In this document: one piece after another, positions 26,936 through 41,200 of the stretch
Position numbering within the stretch: the stretch's first letter is position 1
Layout of the letters: each line of letters begins with the position of its first letter
Assembly: GCA_964035545.1 (NCBI GenBank)
Contig: OZ037772.1
Location: 11,592,818-11,656,817, forward strand
Direction: 5' to 3'
DNA: 64,000 nt
From: Bugula neritina
Lineage: Eukaryota > Animalia > Bryozoa
The notes under the pieces: model-generated
Seen by the model: only the letters and a program-made list of their open reading frames with translations
What the model was told of the DNA's origin: nothing
Database searches by the model: none
Made by a program: the position numbers and the translations under genes

Positions 26936-29197
26936 ATGTAGTTACATTTATTGTTCGGTTAGAACCTCAGCATATATATATATAATATAATTATAACAAG
27001 TTAGCAAATTCGAAGAACAATTTAGTTAGCATAGTCAAGTGAACTGCTAGAGGAGGAAAGCAAACAGGGAAATGAACAGCAAAAATACGTTACTAGAATA
27101 AATTCTCAGTTGCTAAGTTTAGACTATAAAGGTTACATGTTGCATCTCCCTTACCTCTATGTTCTCAAACAGTCATAGCTGCGAGGAAGCCGAATCCCAT
27201 GAGGGTAAATGGAGATTTTAGAGCCTGTAGGATCTACCCTTCCCATAACCAACCTAGAACACAGTTTAGAGATATTAGTTTTGTAAACCTAATTTTTTAC
27301 AACTAACATTTCTTATTTTTAATACAGTCATAGCATTAATGGTTGAAAAATCAGTATAAGACCTTAAATAAGACCACCTCAGACACATAACAATGTTGTC
27401 ACAAACTTAATTTATTAAATGTAATATCAAAACAAAACAATGCTTTGCACCAACAAATAAAGAATAAAACTTACCTTAAATATTAGTCCCTATATAGTTG
27501 TGTCAGTACCATAAGCCTTTGGTGCTGTGTAACCTTCTTATGAAAGATGAGTTCCTCTAAAACAACCAACTCCCAAGTTAGTCTGTGTTATTCCAATAGA
27601 GATGTACGTATCCAAAGACTGAATTCATAGAGATCTGAAAGTGCTGGGTTTATATCAGTCTAGAAAATAGCTTTTTCCTGGTTTAGCTAAAATAGCTGTA
27701 CACAAGCAAATAACACAACAGAGAAAACATAATGTAGCCAATGTAGCCTAATGTAGCTAATATAGCTATGATAATACAATTAAAGCTGTAATGATTCAAC
27801 AAAAGATTTCCATGCTCATGTAATGTCTCAACAGTGTTCATGTCTTACAGTATATCTGTAAAAGCAATATATGCCCCCAATGTCAACAACCAGTGGTTTA
27901 TGCAGAATAGTTAATATGGACAAAATATTTCCTACAATTTCCCCCTTATTTCATGAATATTGACTATATTAATTTTCATGTTTTTGCTAGTGAAATTTTT
28001 TATTACTAACATCATGATAATATAAGATATACAACAATATATATTTTGTTCTAGTATATTTCTATATAATATAATTATCATGATAGTTGTATTATTATGT
28101 TATGCATGTATAAAACACAGAGCAGTTTAATTATGGGAATCCTACCTCATTGCACAGATATATATGGTGCTGTAATTTTGCTAATTAGCTGCTAGAATAT
28201 ATATAATATCTTATGATTTTAGGTAAAAATATGGCACGGGTAATAATGGCACAATCAGTAGAAAATTAGGTATAAATGGCCCATTTACAATATTGGGATT
28301 GAAGATTTAGGGTGTGGGGTTTTGGTATGGAGTCTTGCGAAAATCTTCAAAGCTTATTATTCTACAAATTGGAATAATAGTAATTAGTGTTGCTTTTCCA
28401 TAGAGCAGTAGTACATAAGCATAGCAATTTAACAAATATTATAATTTTTGATAATTTAAAAGTTGCAAGTTTTATTATACAGTATCTGAGCTTTAAAAAA
28501 GCTTTGAAAAACTTTTCAAGCAGCTAAAAATAAATAGAACTTGCTATTTATAAATGAATATATATCAAGTGCCATTTACTAACAGATAACTAATTGCTCT
28601 TAATATGAATAAATCACTCGCTATCAATAAATATATTGATATTTATATAATTTTATTCAAACTGTCTCTCTCTTCCCATCATCCTACTATATAAGTAGTA
28701 TTTTAAAAAAATGTTTTGGCAAGTAATGGCTAAGAAATGTTTTTTTTTGCAATTATAATGAGTAATTTTTGTAATTCTTGCAGTGCACAGGGAATGTTGA
28801 TGTCACTGTTATGTGTGTGGCATCTGTACATTGTTGTTGCTGCTGCATAACTGTAGGCTTCTTCGCTGAATATATTGCATTGTTTCATCTTTGTGGGTAA
28901 GTATTTATCTCGTTCTTACACCTATATACAGTGTGATTGCTCATGTGATATAGTATACTAGGTTCTTCCCGTAACAGTTACGTGTTGAGACAGAGTGTTT
29001 GTTGAACAGAATGTATGGTTGGGCAGTTAGAATTTCATCTATTAAATAAATGTTGCTTACTTGAATCAAACCGCCCTAGTTTAAAGGATATCTTTATAAT
29101 CTAAAATAGATAAAAATATTCTTTGATTAAAAAGTATAAAGGTTTTTGTGATAGAATTGATTTCGTAAAGGTCAAGCTGCTGTTCAACTCTATGCCA

Positions 29198-29252
29198 AGA
29201 ATAATAAAAAATCTGAATGTGAATTATTCACATTCAGATTTTTTATTATTCT
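29198..29252. repeat. Perfect 27-bp inverted repeat with a 1-nt centre
   Basis: AGAATAATAAAAAATCTGAATGTGAAT-T-ATTCACATTCAGATTTTTTATTATTCT. Confidence 0.95.
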
Positions 29253-29298
29253 ACTTTTTGTCTCACTGATCACAGGTTAGTCTGAGTTTTGAGAAAAT

Positions 29299-32232
29299 AT
29301 GGAGCATTACAACTGTGCGCATTGTGACACGTCCCTCACCGGCAAGCGTTATGTCCTCAGACAAGACCAGCCCACGTGTATCAACTGCTTTGAAGAGAAG
29401 TTTGCAGACCGGTGAGTAACCTGTATGACTCTGCTAAAACCTGCAGCGCACTTTTATTGAGGGTGGTGGTTTGACACCCACACTACGTCTAATAATGTAT
29501 TTCAGATCCTGAGTCTAACTGCAAGATAGGGTGCGAGGCTTGTTAAGAGTTTGCGTCATAATTGACACAATTGGTATTCAAAATCGCTGACTTACTCACT
29601 CACTCACTCACTTACATACTCGCTCACTCACTCACTCACTTACATACTCGCTCACTCACTCGCTCACACACTTACTCACTCACTCACTCACTCGCTCACT
29701 CACTTACTCACACACTTACTCACTCACTCGCTCACTCACCCACTCACTTACATACTCGCTCACTCACTCGCTGCTTTGCTGACTTTCTTTGACTGGGTAA
29801 TTCCTCTTTCGCCACTCATACTGCCATCCCATATTGTGATCGAACTTACCAAGACCTTCCACTGTTGTTTTCCACTCTCAGGTGTGAAGTTTGCGGTAAA
29901 GGAATAGGAACTGAGTTCAAGGACCTCTCTTACAAGGGACGTCACTGGCACGAACACTGCTTCAAATGCTGGGGATGCCAAGGTTAGCGAGATTGTGAAG
30001 TTGTGTTCTCAATGTGCTGTCAACTTCTAAAATGATTAAACAGTTATATATTTTCTACAATGCATTCTGTAATTTAGTACTATATCATCTACTATTCCAA
30101 TTGAGTGTATTGCTTATAAATATACTGACTAAGATGTAAGTACTTTAATATTGTGATATTTTACATTGCGAGTGGTAAAATAGTGTACCATGTTGTTTAG
30201 AATCGCTGGCCAACATGCAGTTTGTGGCAAAAGACGATGGCCTTTACTGTCCAGACTGCTATGACAAGAACTTTGCTCAAAGATGTGACATCTGTAATCA
30301 GACTTTCAAACACGGTAAGTCATGTGACTACACTATGTCATGTGACTACAATAGAACATGTGACTATCATAGGTCTATATATTAGTATTTTAATTATCAT
30401 TTTATTCAGGTTGCAAATCTAACACAAAATAACATGCACTGAATAATATTTTCTTAACTAAATGTTAGTTAGTTTACACCACTTTTTAATTGCCTAATAA
30501 ATCATACATCTTCAAGTGAGAAGCCACCATCCTTCTTGTGACTATAATAGTCATATTGTCACCTATAATACTTTTTAGTGTTTGTCCAGGAAATTAGAAA
30601 GTTGAATCTTTAAGCTTACAATTGTACAGGTATACACTTACTAAAACCTTCTAAAGGACTTCAAATGACGAAAAGCTCACATGCCTATGTATATATTGTG
30701 CTGAGAACTTACTCTCTGGTGTTTCCTGTGTGCTCTCTGGTCCTAATACTTGTTTGTGTGTTGCTAGGTGACCAGAAGTTTGAGTACAATGGTAAGAGAT
30801 ACCATCACAGGTGCTTCCTCTGCGCTCTCTGTAAGAACCCGATTGGCAACAACAGTTTTGTTCCACGAGACGAGGACAGACTCATCTGCATGTCCTGCTA
30901 CAACGATAACTTTGCCCAGAAATGCGGAAAGTGTGGAGATGTGAGTTCAAACAACCTAATAAGTTCTTAGCTTTGACTAGGTAGCCTGAGCACCATACAT
31001 TGTGCTTAGAGAGTAGATTGTGTCCACCACCACGTCGTAGTATCGCTATAGAAAGTTTGAGATAGCCTTAGTGTAACTAACAAATAGTTTTGTAAATTGT
31101 AAAAACACATTCTATATTACTAAAGGATAAATTTAATGTATAATTTAAGTATAAGTTAAGCTTCTAAATTATGGAATCTATTTTTAATATTCAAATTTGC
31201 CAATGGTATGAAGATGTGGAGTAAAATATAAAGCAAAGAACTGCTAGGTGTACAATAGAGATGTTGTTTTTAAATCCAATAGCCTCAAAATGGTAGTTTC
31301 AACTGATTACATATTTATTCACAATATTTGTAATATTACAAACTATAGTGTTATCCATATAGTTGAAGTAATGATAATTAGGCTATAATACTAGTATTAA
31401 CACTTTCACTAGTATTAATACCAATGCTAATTTGAGCACCAATACTAATACTAATAATTACTAATACTATGACTATAGGTACTAATACCACTCATATGAC
31501 TGCAAGTATACTAATACTACGCATGTGGCTACAGGTACTAATACTACGCATGTGCTTGCAGGTGCTTCTACAAGGTGGTGTGACATTCCGAGACAGCGCC
31601 TACCATCGAGAGTGCTTTACCTGCACAAAGTGTAGCACAGAACTGGCTCACATCAAGTTTGCCACCAAAGATAACGACCCGTACTGTCCAGAGTGTTACA
31701 TCAAGCTCTTTGCTAAGATTTGTGAGAAGTGTCGCCAGCCAATAGCAGGTAGGTGTCAGATCTTGACAGGGCACTTGTTGACACTTACTGTCTTATCATA
31801 CCAGATGTAGACAGGACACATGCTTATATAACACCTGTTTATACAATTACTAAAATAAGTTTAAATCGAATGTTTAGAGCTAAAAGTTGATTAAAAAGTT
31901 GTATGTGATCTAAACTATAGTTTGTGTGACCTTTGACATCAAATTCTGAATCAACCTGATGTTTCCAGAACTTAAAGCTAACCTTGAATAATGCCATGTC
32001 AGATTTTCTCAGTATTCTGTTTAGCTTCACTCCTCACTGAAACTGCATACTAGCCTGTGTTCTCTTGGTCCTTGCAGGGATGGGGGAGGGCACAAACTAC
32101 GTCTCATTCGACAGGAGGCAGTGGCACACCAACTGCTTCGTGTGCAACGTCTGCGACAAGAACGTCGCGTCTCAAGGTTTTCTCATCGCCAACGGCGACA
32201 TCGTCTGTGCTGACTGTGGCAAAAATATGTAG
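29299..32232 (+). CDS. FHL2: Four-and-a-half LIM domains protein (FHL2/limpet-like), copy A
   Basis: Exons 29299-29411, 29882-29982, 30201-30314, 30768-30940, 31562-31748 and 32078-32232. Half-LIM (CAHCDTSLTGKRYVLRQDQPTCINC) then four LIM domains (e.g. KDLSYKGRHWHEHCFKC; YVSFDRRQWHTNCFVC). Orthology to a specific vertebrate FHL is not established. Confidence 0.88.
29590..29770. repeat. (CACT)n degenerate microsatellite in an FHL-A intron
   Basis: CTCACTCACTCG runs. Confidence 0.9.
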
Positions 32233-34417
32233 ATCGGCAGCGGGGAGAAAACTCTCTACTTACTACCATAATGTTATGATAACTCCAATATACAAACTCT
32301 GTTTGCCGTCTGCAATTACTACATAGTGTTAGTAATGTGCGTCAACACACTGTTGATGATGTAATGATTTCGTACCTGTATTTTTGGTGTGTCATATTTT
32401 CTGTCTATTTGTCTTCATAATAGATTATTTGTAACAATTTATTCAAATGTGTAGTTGGTCATGTACAAGTCCCGTATATACAGCAATAAATTCTGTTGAA
32501 GTCTTTCACATTGAGCGCTTAAACCTCTGCAATATATTATATAATGCACACATACAGTAAAAGCTAAGAGTTCATTGTTCAATATGAATACAAATGATAT
32601 AAAAATTCGTACCCTTTAAAATTAAAATTAATATTTAAATTATTAAAATAAATTACAAGTTTATTGTCTATAAAGCCAACTGCTATTCTACAAGTCACCA
32701 GTACACACATCGGAATTGTACAATTAAGCATGACTAGTTCCTCATGGTAAACCCTAGCACTGAGCTGACAGCTAGCCAGTAAAAATAAACATTGCTAAAA
32801 TATGCTGACTTGTATTAAAACAAAAGAAAAACTTTTATAGTTGTTATAAGATGTGATTTACTAGTTTGTTTCGTGTGTCAAAATCATCGGCAGCTTTGGA
32901 ACAGTTATATAGTTTAACTAGTTGAACAAAATTTCATTTCTCAAATAAATAAAAAAGAGAAAGCTGCCAACATACAAACACCTAAAAATAGATTGAAGGT
33001 TTTAGGGCAAAAATTAAAATCTGATTTTAGAAGGTGCAGATCTAAAAACTTCCCCACAAATAGTATAACCTACATGTGACTTTATGCTAATAACTTTTTG
33101 AGTGCACAACTATCTTTTATTCAATGCGTATAATTTACAAAAATAATAAGGACTTTTGAATTTCAGATCATTCATTGTTACTCTGAAGATAGAGACAGTG
33201 GTGCCCGAAATATCTGTTTACTTCGATTATTAAAATAATAAAAACAAATAAACAAAAAATTAATGATATATATAATTAAAGTAATTAAGTTAATATTTTG
33301 CTTAAGATTAAATAAAATTATTGAATGGTATTTTTAAAAAATTAAGAAGAGTTGGCCTTGAAGATGAGAGCTAAAATAATAGTGTAAATATTTCAGCAAT
33401 CTTATTCTTTTTATTATTATATTACATTACTCAAAATAGTTTCAATATTTGCCATATTTCAAAATTTTCCGTCACAATAAAAAAGGAAAATACATGAAGC
33501 ACAGGGCTTCAAATAGCTGGTAAGTCTCAGTATTGTGCTGTATATGTGTTGGAATTTAATATTCAGTGCATGGTGCTGTGATGACAGTAACGTATTATGT
33601 AAAATGACAAAATAATATACTGTTATCAATAACTTAGCACTTCTTTTGGCTATAATTGAAAGTTTCAAAATTTGCTATTAAATTACTGTAAACTGAATAT
33701 ATATAGTTACACTGCTGCAAGAAAAAGCATCAACTGCATATGTGATTTAAATTGTTTGACACGAAAAAATTTAGGTAAGATAGATATTTGACCTTTGACC
33801 CTTGACCTTTACCCTCACACAGCTGTATTTGCTGTCAAGCAGATATTTCCACATGTTTAAAAGCACAACATCTGCAGTATGAGTATCTACTCTTTCTACT
33901 TGTCAGAATTATTGTTTTTATAACTGAAGAATATTTAATTTTATAAATAATTTATATTTACCAACGATTTGTCGATGTACCCAACTGCTATTGGCCACTC
34001 TCATAATTTGCCCTTATTGATCTGATGAGTCATCAGCTTTTAGCAGCTTCACAAAATAACCACTCACTACGTTTCCATGCATCGAATGGATCTGTACTAA
34101 ATGCTCTTAGAGATCACATCGTTTAAAAAATCCTCTATTCTATTCTCTCCTTCCTATAATGATTTCATTGGATTGCATTGAATTGAAAATATGTGCACAT
34201 ACATGGATACATAGTGAATAATAGTAACAACAATTAATTAGAACTTACTAACCAGAGAAACATGAAGACTGCCAACAACCTACTCACCTTACAAACACCT
34301 GCCCTGTCTAGTCTCAGATATGTCAGCCTCAGGTAGCCTGCTGACTCATTCATTTGTTTGAGACTGGCAGCTGCTCCATATAATCCTATTTATGTTCTGA
34401 TTGGCAGAAACTGGAAG

Positions 34418-36657
34418 ATGGAGTACCATACATGCTTTCACTGCAGTGAATCTCTCACCGGGAAGCGTTACGTCATCAGACAGGACAAACCTACGTGTTT
34501 AACGTGCTACGACGATAAATTCGCTGACAGGTAAAGTATACAGTGATTAATGTGCAAATAATAAAGCATATGGCAATAAATTTTCAGGTAAGTAAATTAA
34601 GCTGTTATACTATTTATTGTAGAAATATGTACCTTCAGAATAAGGTTAATGGCAAAAACCTCCATAGGAGATTTTTCAGTTTTAGTGTGTTAATATTAAT
34701 ATAAACATTGCATAGCAAGATGTCTATAAGCATTTTGTAGTTTTGCATAAGACTATCACTTAACAAGTTTTTATATAGCTACTTGTGTGCTACTTCCTAT
34801 TTACAAGTTGTTAAAGTGTTGTATATACTGCATGTACGTTGCAGCTACAAGTAACTACATGTCTACTGTATATGTGTAGCTATACAAGTATAGCTACATG
34901 TCTACTGTATATGTGTAGCTATACAAGTATAACTACATGCCTATTGTATATTATGTGCCTGTTGCAGATGTGAAGCCTGTGGTAAGCCAATCAGCACTGA
35001 GGCTAAACAACTCTCTTACAGAGGGAGAAACTGGCACGAGGAATGCTTCAGGTGCTGGAGCTGTCAAGGTATAACAGTACGTCTGCTTGTTTCAAAAAGA
35101 AAAAATGTTATTATCAACCCCCCCCCTCCCCCCCCCCCCCCGGCCTTTACTATCATAGAGTTCTCATTATTTGTAAAAAATTGTTTTTTTATTACGGAAG
35201 TGGGCTGGTTCTACTAACTAGTAGTTACTATAGCAACTAGCAACTGATAACTGATAACTGGTAACTACTCTAATAACTAGTAATTTATAATTCAACATAA
35301 ATTGATGCTGCGATAGTTTGTAAAACTTGACTGAACTGTAAATTTGTGGGTATTTGGTTCAATATTACCTCAAAGCCATTACTTGCTTGTAACTTTCATA
35401 TAAATAAGGTTTGTACGTGGTACAAAAACAGGCAACTCATGCTGTATGCCTAAGAACATGAGTGTGTTCACTGATTCACCTGCACTCTCAGTAAATCATA
35501 TTTTTCAACCGCTTATATAACATAAGTAAACATAGCCTAATTTCTTACAGGTCTCCTGGGCGGTGAGCAGTTTGTGGGCCGGGAAGAGGGTCTTTACTGT
35601 AACACATGCTTTGATAAGAACTTTGCTTTGAGATGCGACGGCTGCAACAAAACATTTAAACACGGTGAGTCAACAAACTTCTTGGTACTTTAGTTTATGG
35701 TGTTCAGAGTTAAACAGAGCCTACATCTAGTTGAAGGAACCCAGGCTTAGTAAGCACAAGGTCAGTGGTTAAAATCTTAGTAGAGATACAAGATGGTAGG
35801 AAGAGCATTAAGTCATATTTGTTCCTTAATTTACCTCAATTAAAACAGGTACTTAGTCTACTTAGGAAGATTTGTAGCAAATTTTCATTGAAATAATAAA
35901 TTCAGAAGTAATGTTAGCAAACTTATTTTGGCAGTCATCCCTTAAAACACTTGAATTCTCAATCAAAACTATCTGCTTCCATAGTGAATATAAATATAAA
36001 ACCTAAATCATATTATGTAATAAAGTAGTAGAAAACGGTATTAAGAAAATGCATTCAAACATACTAGTTAAATTTTGTCTTTTCTTTTAATTAGAAAACC
36101 AATTTTGTTCTGATGTTGAGATAAAATTAACTCTAGAAGGAAATCACCAAATGCTTAACATATGTATTTATAGTGGGGCTCAACTAGCCTAGTTTACCCA
36201 GCTTTCCATGTGAAATATTATTTCAACAGTGAATTGCTATAATGTTATTGATAAAGTGGTGAGAAATTCAATCTGCAACTTCATCAGCCAGTCAACAATA
36301 TTTTAGCGAATAAAAGGCATTAAATTAGAGATCATTTTACCTTTTATATGTTTACAGGACAGCAGAAATTTGACTACAATGGCCGCCGTTACCATGACAA
36401 CTGCTTCATATGCTCGATGTGTCAGATGAAGATTGGCAATACGAGTTTCATACCTCAGGATGAGGACAGACTCGTGTGTATGGCCTGCTACAACGAGAAC
36501 TTTGCTCAGAAGTGTGGCAAATGCAATGAAGTAAGCATATTATAATACAACTTTGTAAGCATATTATAATATAACTCTGTAAAGATATAATGTAACTCTG
36601 AATTCATATAATACAACTCTGAAATCATATAATGAAATTTATATGCATACAATGCAA

Positions 36658-36732
<75 letters not shown>

Positions 36733-37485
36733 TAGTCTATATGCATACAACGAGACTCTGTAAACACATAATATAACTTTGTAATCATAAAATTCCATTT
36801 ATATAAGTATAATCTATAGTTGCTAACTAGTATATACCATGATATGTTTTATTTTTATGTGAATTTGCTAGAGAAATGCAGTATATAGTAAACAGCTTAA
36901 AAACTCAACAAACTGAGACGATAGTTTATTAGTTTATGCTTTGGATTCATGACAGATAGTAAAAGCATTTACTTTATGAACATAAATTATATACAATGCA
37001 GCAGTTACCTCCCCATTGAGTAAACCGATACCTGTTCTGCATGCTGACAGGTGATGACGAAAGGTGGCATCACTTTCCGTGACGTAACGTACCACAAGGA
37101 CTGCTTCAACTGTACCAAGTGCAAGACACCACTGGCCCATCTGCGGTTTGGGACGAAAGAAGACCGGCCTTATTGTCCGGACTGCTTTGTCAAGACATTT
37201 GCTAGACAATGTGAAGCTTGCCAACAACCAATAGCAGGTAATCATACACATCTGTTAAATGCATTATTCCCTCTCATTGGAGGGTTTTTCAAATATTGCT
37301 CAATGAGAAAGCTGCATTATTTTCTGGCAGGTCTGGGAAAGTCTGCCAAGTATGTGTCGTTTGACAAGAAAACTTGGCACACCGACTGCTTCAACTGCAC
37401 CAAGTGCAATAAGACGGTGCTTGGTCTAGGGTTTCTCAATATCCACGGAAAAATTTACTGCCCGGACTGTGGAAAGAATTTATAA
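34418..37485 (+). CDS. FHL2: Four-and-a-half LIM domains protein (FHL2/limpet-like), copy B
   Basis: Exons 34418-34530, 34968-35068, 35551-35664, 36358-36530, 37051-37237 and 37331-37485. Exon lengths (113/101/114/173/187/155) are identical to copy A, with the same LIM motifs. Confidence 0.88.
36660..36727. repeat. (TA)n microsatellite
   Basis: Pure TA run. Confidence 0.95.
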
Positions 37486-38203
37486 ACATCAGCATAAAGA
37501 AATATCACTCAACTCATGCGTAGTAATAAAAGATGGACCTCTCTTTCTATTCCAGCTTTGGTTAATGTTATAAATTTTGCTCAAAATTCAATTAGAAATA
37601 AAAGTATAAAAAAGTGTGCTATGTAGCCTATAATGTACTATTAATTAAAAACAAGATAACACCTGACTTTTGCAACATTCTTAAATTTTATAGCAAAATT
37701 GATATTTTTTGAGCAAATCTATTTTCAAATGATCTCTATTTATGCTTTTCATCTCGGCAACAAATTTTGTTTGATAATTGAGTTTCACATGAATGCATTG
37801 AGTAGCTGTCCAAAGCAATTATTAAAAAAACTAATGTTTTGTTAAACAAAAAATATATAAACATGTTTGTAAATTATATTTGTAGTTTAAAACAACAATA
37901 ATACAATTGCATTTGAATATAAAGCTATAACATGTATAAACCAGAAAAATAGGTAAAGCAAATCTAAATCGGAAAATTATGCTATAAAAATAAGTAACAC
38001 ATTTGCAAATTAGTAAATTGCTGTATAAAGTATGAAGATTAAAAACATAAGATAAAAATCTGGTGAGGTTTAGTGTGACCAGGGTATATTATACTTGTAA
38101 GTTCAAAGGTTATTAACAGCATATATCTGCTTTGATAGCATCAGAAATAATCCTTTTATGTTTGTTCTGTCTGTAAAAGCATTTCTGTTTGGTTGAAGCA
38201 AAT

Positions 38204-41200
38204 TCAGTTATGTAAACACATAGTGCGGATATATGCAACCAACTGGAGGGAATGCCAAAGTGTGCATGCATTTTGGTTAATTTTGACATATTTGATGACA
38301 GCTGTCTCCTTGTTTTCCACCAGCTGAAGAGAGAGATCTAGAGCATTGGATGAGTTAGTCAAAGCTTGTGAAAATTTTCCAAGTCGAAGTAGAAGGCGGC
38401 TGGTGGCCAACAGGATTTTGACCTGTACAGAAACCTGCTTGTCATGCTGAGGCTCGTGTTTGTAGAACTTAAGAGCAGCTTGCAAGTAGCACCAACTTTT
38501 GTAGAATTGCCTCGTTTCCGTGTAGCACAATCCCAGCAAATAGTATATATAAGCAATCAGTCGAAAATCATATATGAATTGCTTATTCAAGGCGCTATTT
38601 AGATAGACAAGTGCAGCTTTATATCTTTTAGTGTCTATAAAAATTGTAGCAATGTTGACAAAAAGCTGGAGAGTTTCGAGTATTGGGTATTTGCTGCTTA
38701 CCGGTATCGCTTTTGTGAAACAATACTGGGCGTGGTCAAGTTGCCCTGTGCGATGGTACAGCTTTCCTAAAGCACGAAAGCTCTGAGCTACATAGACCTT
38801 GTGATCAAGTTCAATTCTCATTGCTAAAGACATTTGATGGTACTCAAAAGACCGCGAATATTGGCCAACCATGGAGTGCAAGCGACCTAGATGACAATAA
38901 ACTTCTGCTATGTCACACTGGGCGAATTTTCTACCATATATTTGATAGAGTGTGCTCAGAGACAAATTGAAGTAGTATTTCGCTTCTTCAAACTGTCCAA
39001 GATGTCTGTATGTAGTCCCGAGATGTCTATAGTTGCTAGCAGCCAGGTTAGTAGCAGTGGTTTCTTCAAAAGCTTTGCTTATCATGTCAACAGAATAAAA
39101 CAGCTGCTCTAAAGCTTTTGTGTAATCTCCCATTCTGATGTACATAATGGCCATCTTTGTGTAGACCTTTGCTTTCTCAGGATGGCCGGTTTCTTCGCCA
39201 AAACTAGCATTCATCATTTTCAGCGCTAGTTGGTGGTATTGAAAAGATTGGGCATACTCACCGATGCTACTGGAACCAAGACCCATGTAGTTGTATACGA
39301 TGGCTAAATGTAAATGGTGACTTTCCTCACCATGAATGACTTTCCAGCTGAGCAAAGCTTTCTTGTAATACCGGAACGCTGTTGCATACTCGTTCTTTTT
39401 GTAGTTTGAAAAGCCAATGTTTACATATGCTATGCATAGATCAGGGTGGTTTGTGTTTTCACCAAATATAGATTGCTTGTGTTCCAGAGCAGTCTTGTAG
39501 TATTTGTAGGCTTCTTCATGCCGACCTTGGTCTTCGTAGATGTTCCCAAAATTATTGTAGACCCTTGCCAAATTATGATGCTTTGAATCTGTGCCATAGA
39601 CAAGTTTGGCCATTGTAAGAGCCTTGTTGCAGCATTCTATCGCCTTGTCATATAGGCTCTGGCGTCGGTACACGTTTGCCATAAAGGTGTATGCAGCAGC
39701 AATTATTGGGTGATTGCTTTTCTGGCCATAGACACCAATACCCACTTCCAGTGCAGTTTTGCTGTACTCAAGGGCTCGATTTAGTTCTCCTTTCCGAATA
39801 TACACATCACAAATGTAGATGAAGCTTCTGGCGATTTTCTCATGACCACCCGTGTCGCAGTACACCGCTTTCATCATATTCACCGATTTGTTGTGGTATT
39901 CCAGCGATTCTGTGTACAAGCCCATCTCATTATACAGCACGCCAATGTTGTGGTAACTTTCTGCCACATCTGGATGAATCATGCTCTGACCAAACACACG
40001 CTTTCTCATATTCAGTGCTTCTTGATGAAACCTTAATGACTCTGAATATTTCCCTGTCTTCATCTTCACTTTGCCCATTTTGCTATAACTAGCAGCAATC
40101 TCGGGGTGGTCGGCTTGACCTTCATAAACACAAACACGCATCTCGAGAGCCTTGCTGTAGTTGTCCAATGATTGAGAGTAATCACATTTGCTGCTGTAAA
40201 CATCACCGAGGTTTTCATAACAAGAGGCTATATGTGGATTGTTTGAGTCGCTTCCACCGATATTTTTCCAAATCATCAATGACTTAGAGAAATAAGTGTG
40301 AGCTTTCGAGAAGTCACCCAAGTATTGGTATAGATTTCCCATGTTGGTAAAGCCTTTAGCCATGTCCGGGCAATTGGAATTTTCACCATGCCTCACTATG
40401 TATGCATCTAGCTCCATGTTCGAGCTGTGAATTTTGTGAATAAGCTGATCCTTTTGGTGATTTATGTTCACTAAGTCATTGAAAGTGGGGCTTGTGTATG
40501 GGTCAGCAACTTGGTGAATAGCTTTGATCATGTCCTCTGCCTGCTTCCGATAGTCAAACGACAGTTGATAATCTCCCAGCAGTGTGTACACATTAGCCAT
40601 CTCACTGTAGCATTCTGCAATGTCTGGGTGAAACGTTTCACTGGTAAAAGCAATGCAAGACTTAACCTGATACAGTGCTTTATGCAATTCATCGAGAGAT
40701 TTGAGGTGCCACCCCAACTTCTGGTACACATGACTCAGGTTATAATGAGCTTTAGCCAGCAGATAGTGAGAGTTTGACTTTTCAGCTATTTCAACAGACT
40801 TTCTGTGACTGTCTAAAGCCGCGTTGAAATTGCCATTATCTAGAAGCACAGCGCCGATATCAGTATAACATTCTCCAATATCAGGGTGAACTCTCAACCC
40901 TGAAAACACTTCCATTCTCATGTTTAGAGCCTTGTCATAAAACTCCAGCGATCTCTTGTAATCTCCTTTAAGCCTATAGACTTTACCCATGTTGCTGTAG
41001 ACAATAGCAATATGCCTGTGGTTTGTTGATTTACCATGCATTTCCTGAAGTTGCTTTAATGACTCTTGGTGAAAATCAAGGGCCTTGTTATATTCACCTT
41101 TCTCGGAGTGTATTACACCAAGCAAATCAGTCAAACTGACTTGAAACCTTCTGTTCTTTCGAATTTTATTTAACACTGGTTTACTGATCATTTTTGAGAG

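Noticed and set aside
28221-28585. Possible MITE remnant (GGTAAAAATATGGCAC...GTGCCATTTAC)
   Set aside because: Inverted match is short and imperfect, and no TSD was found.
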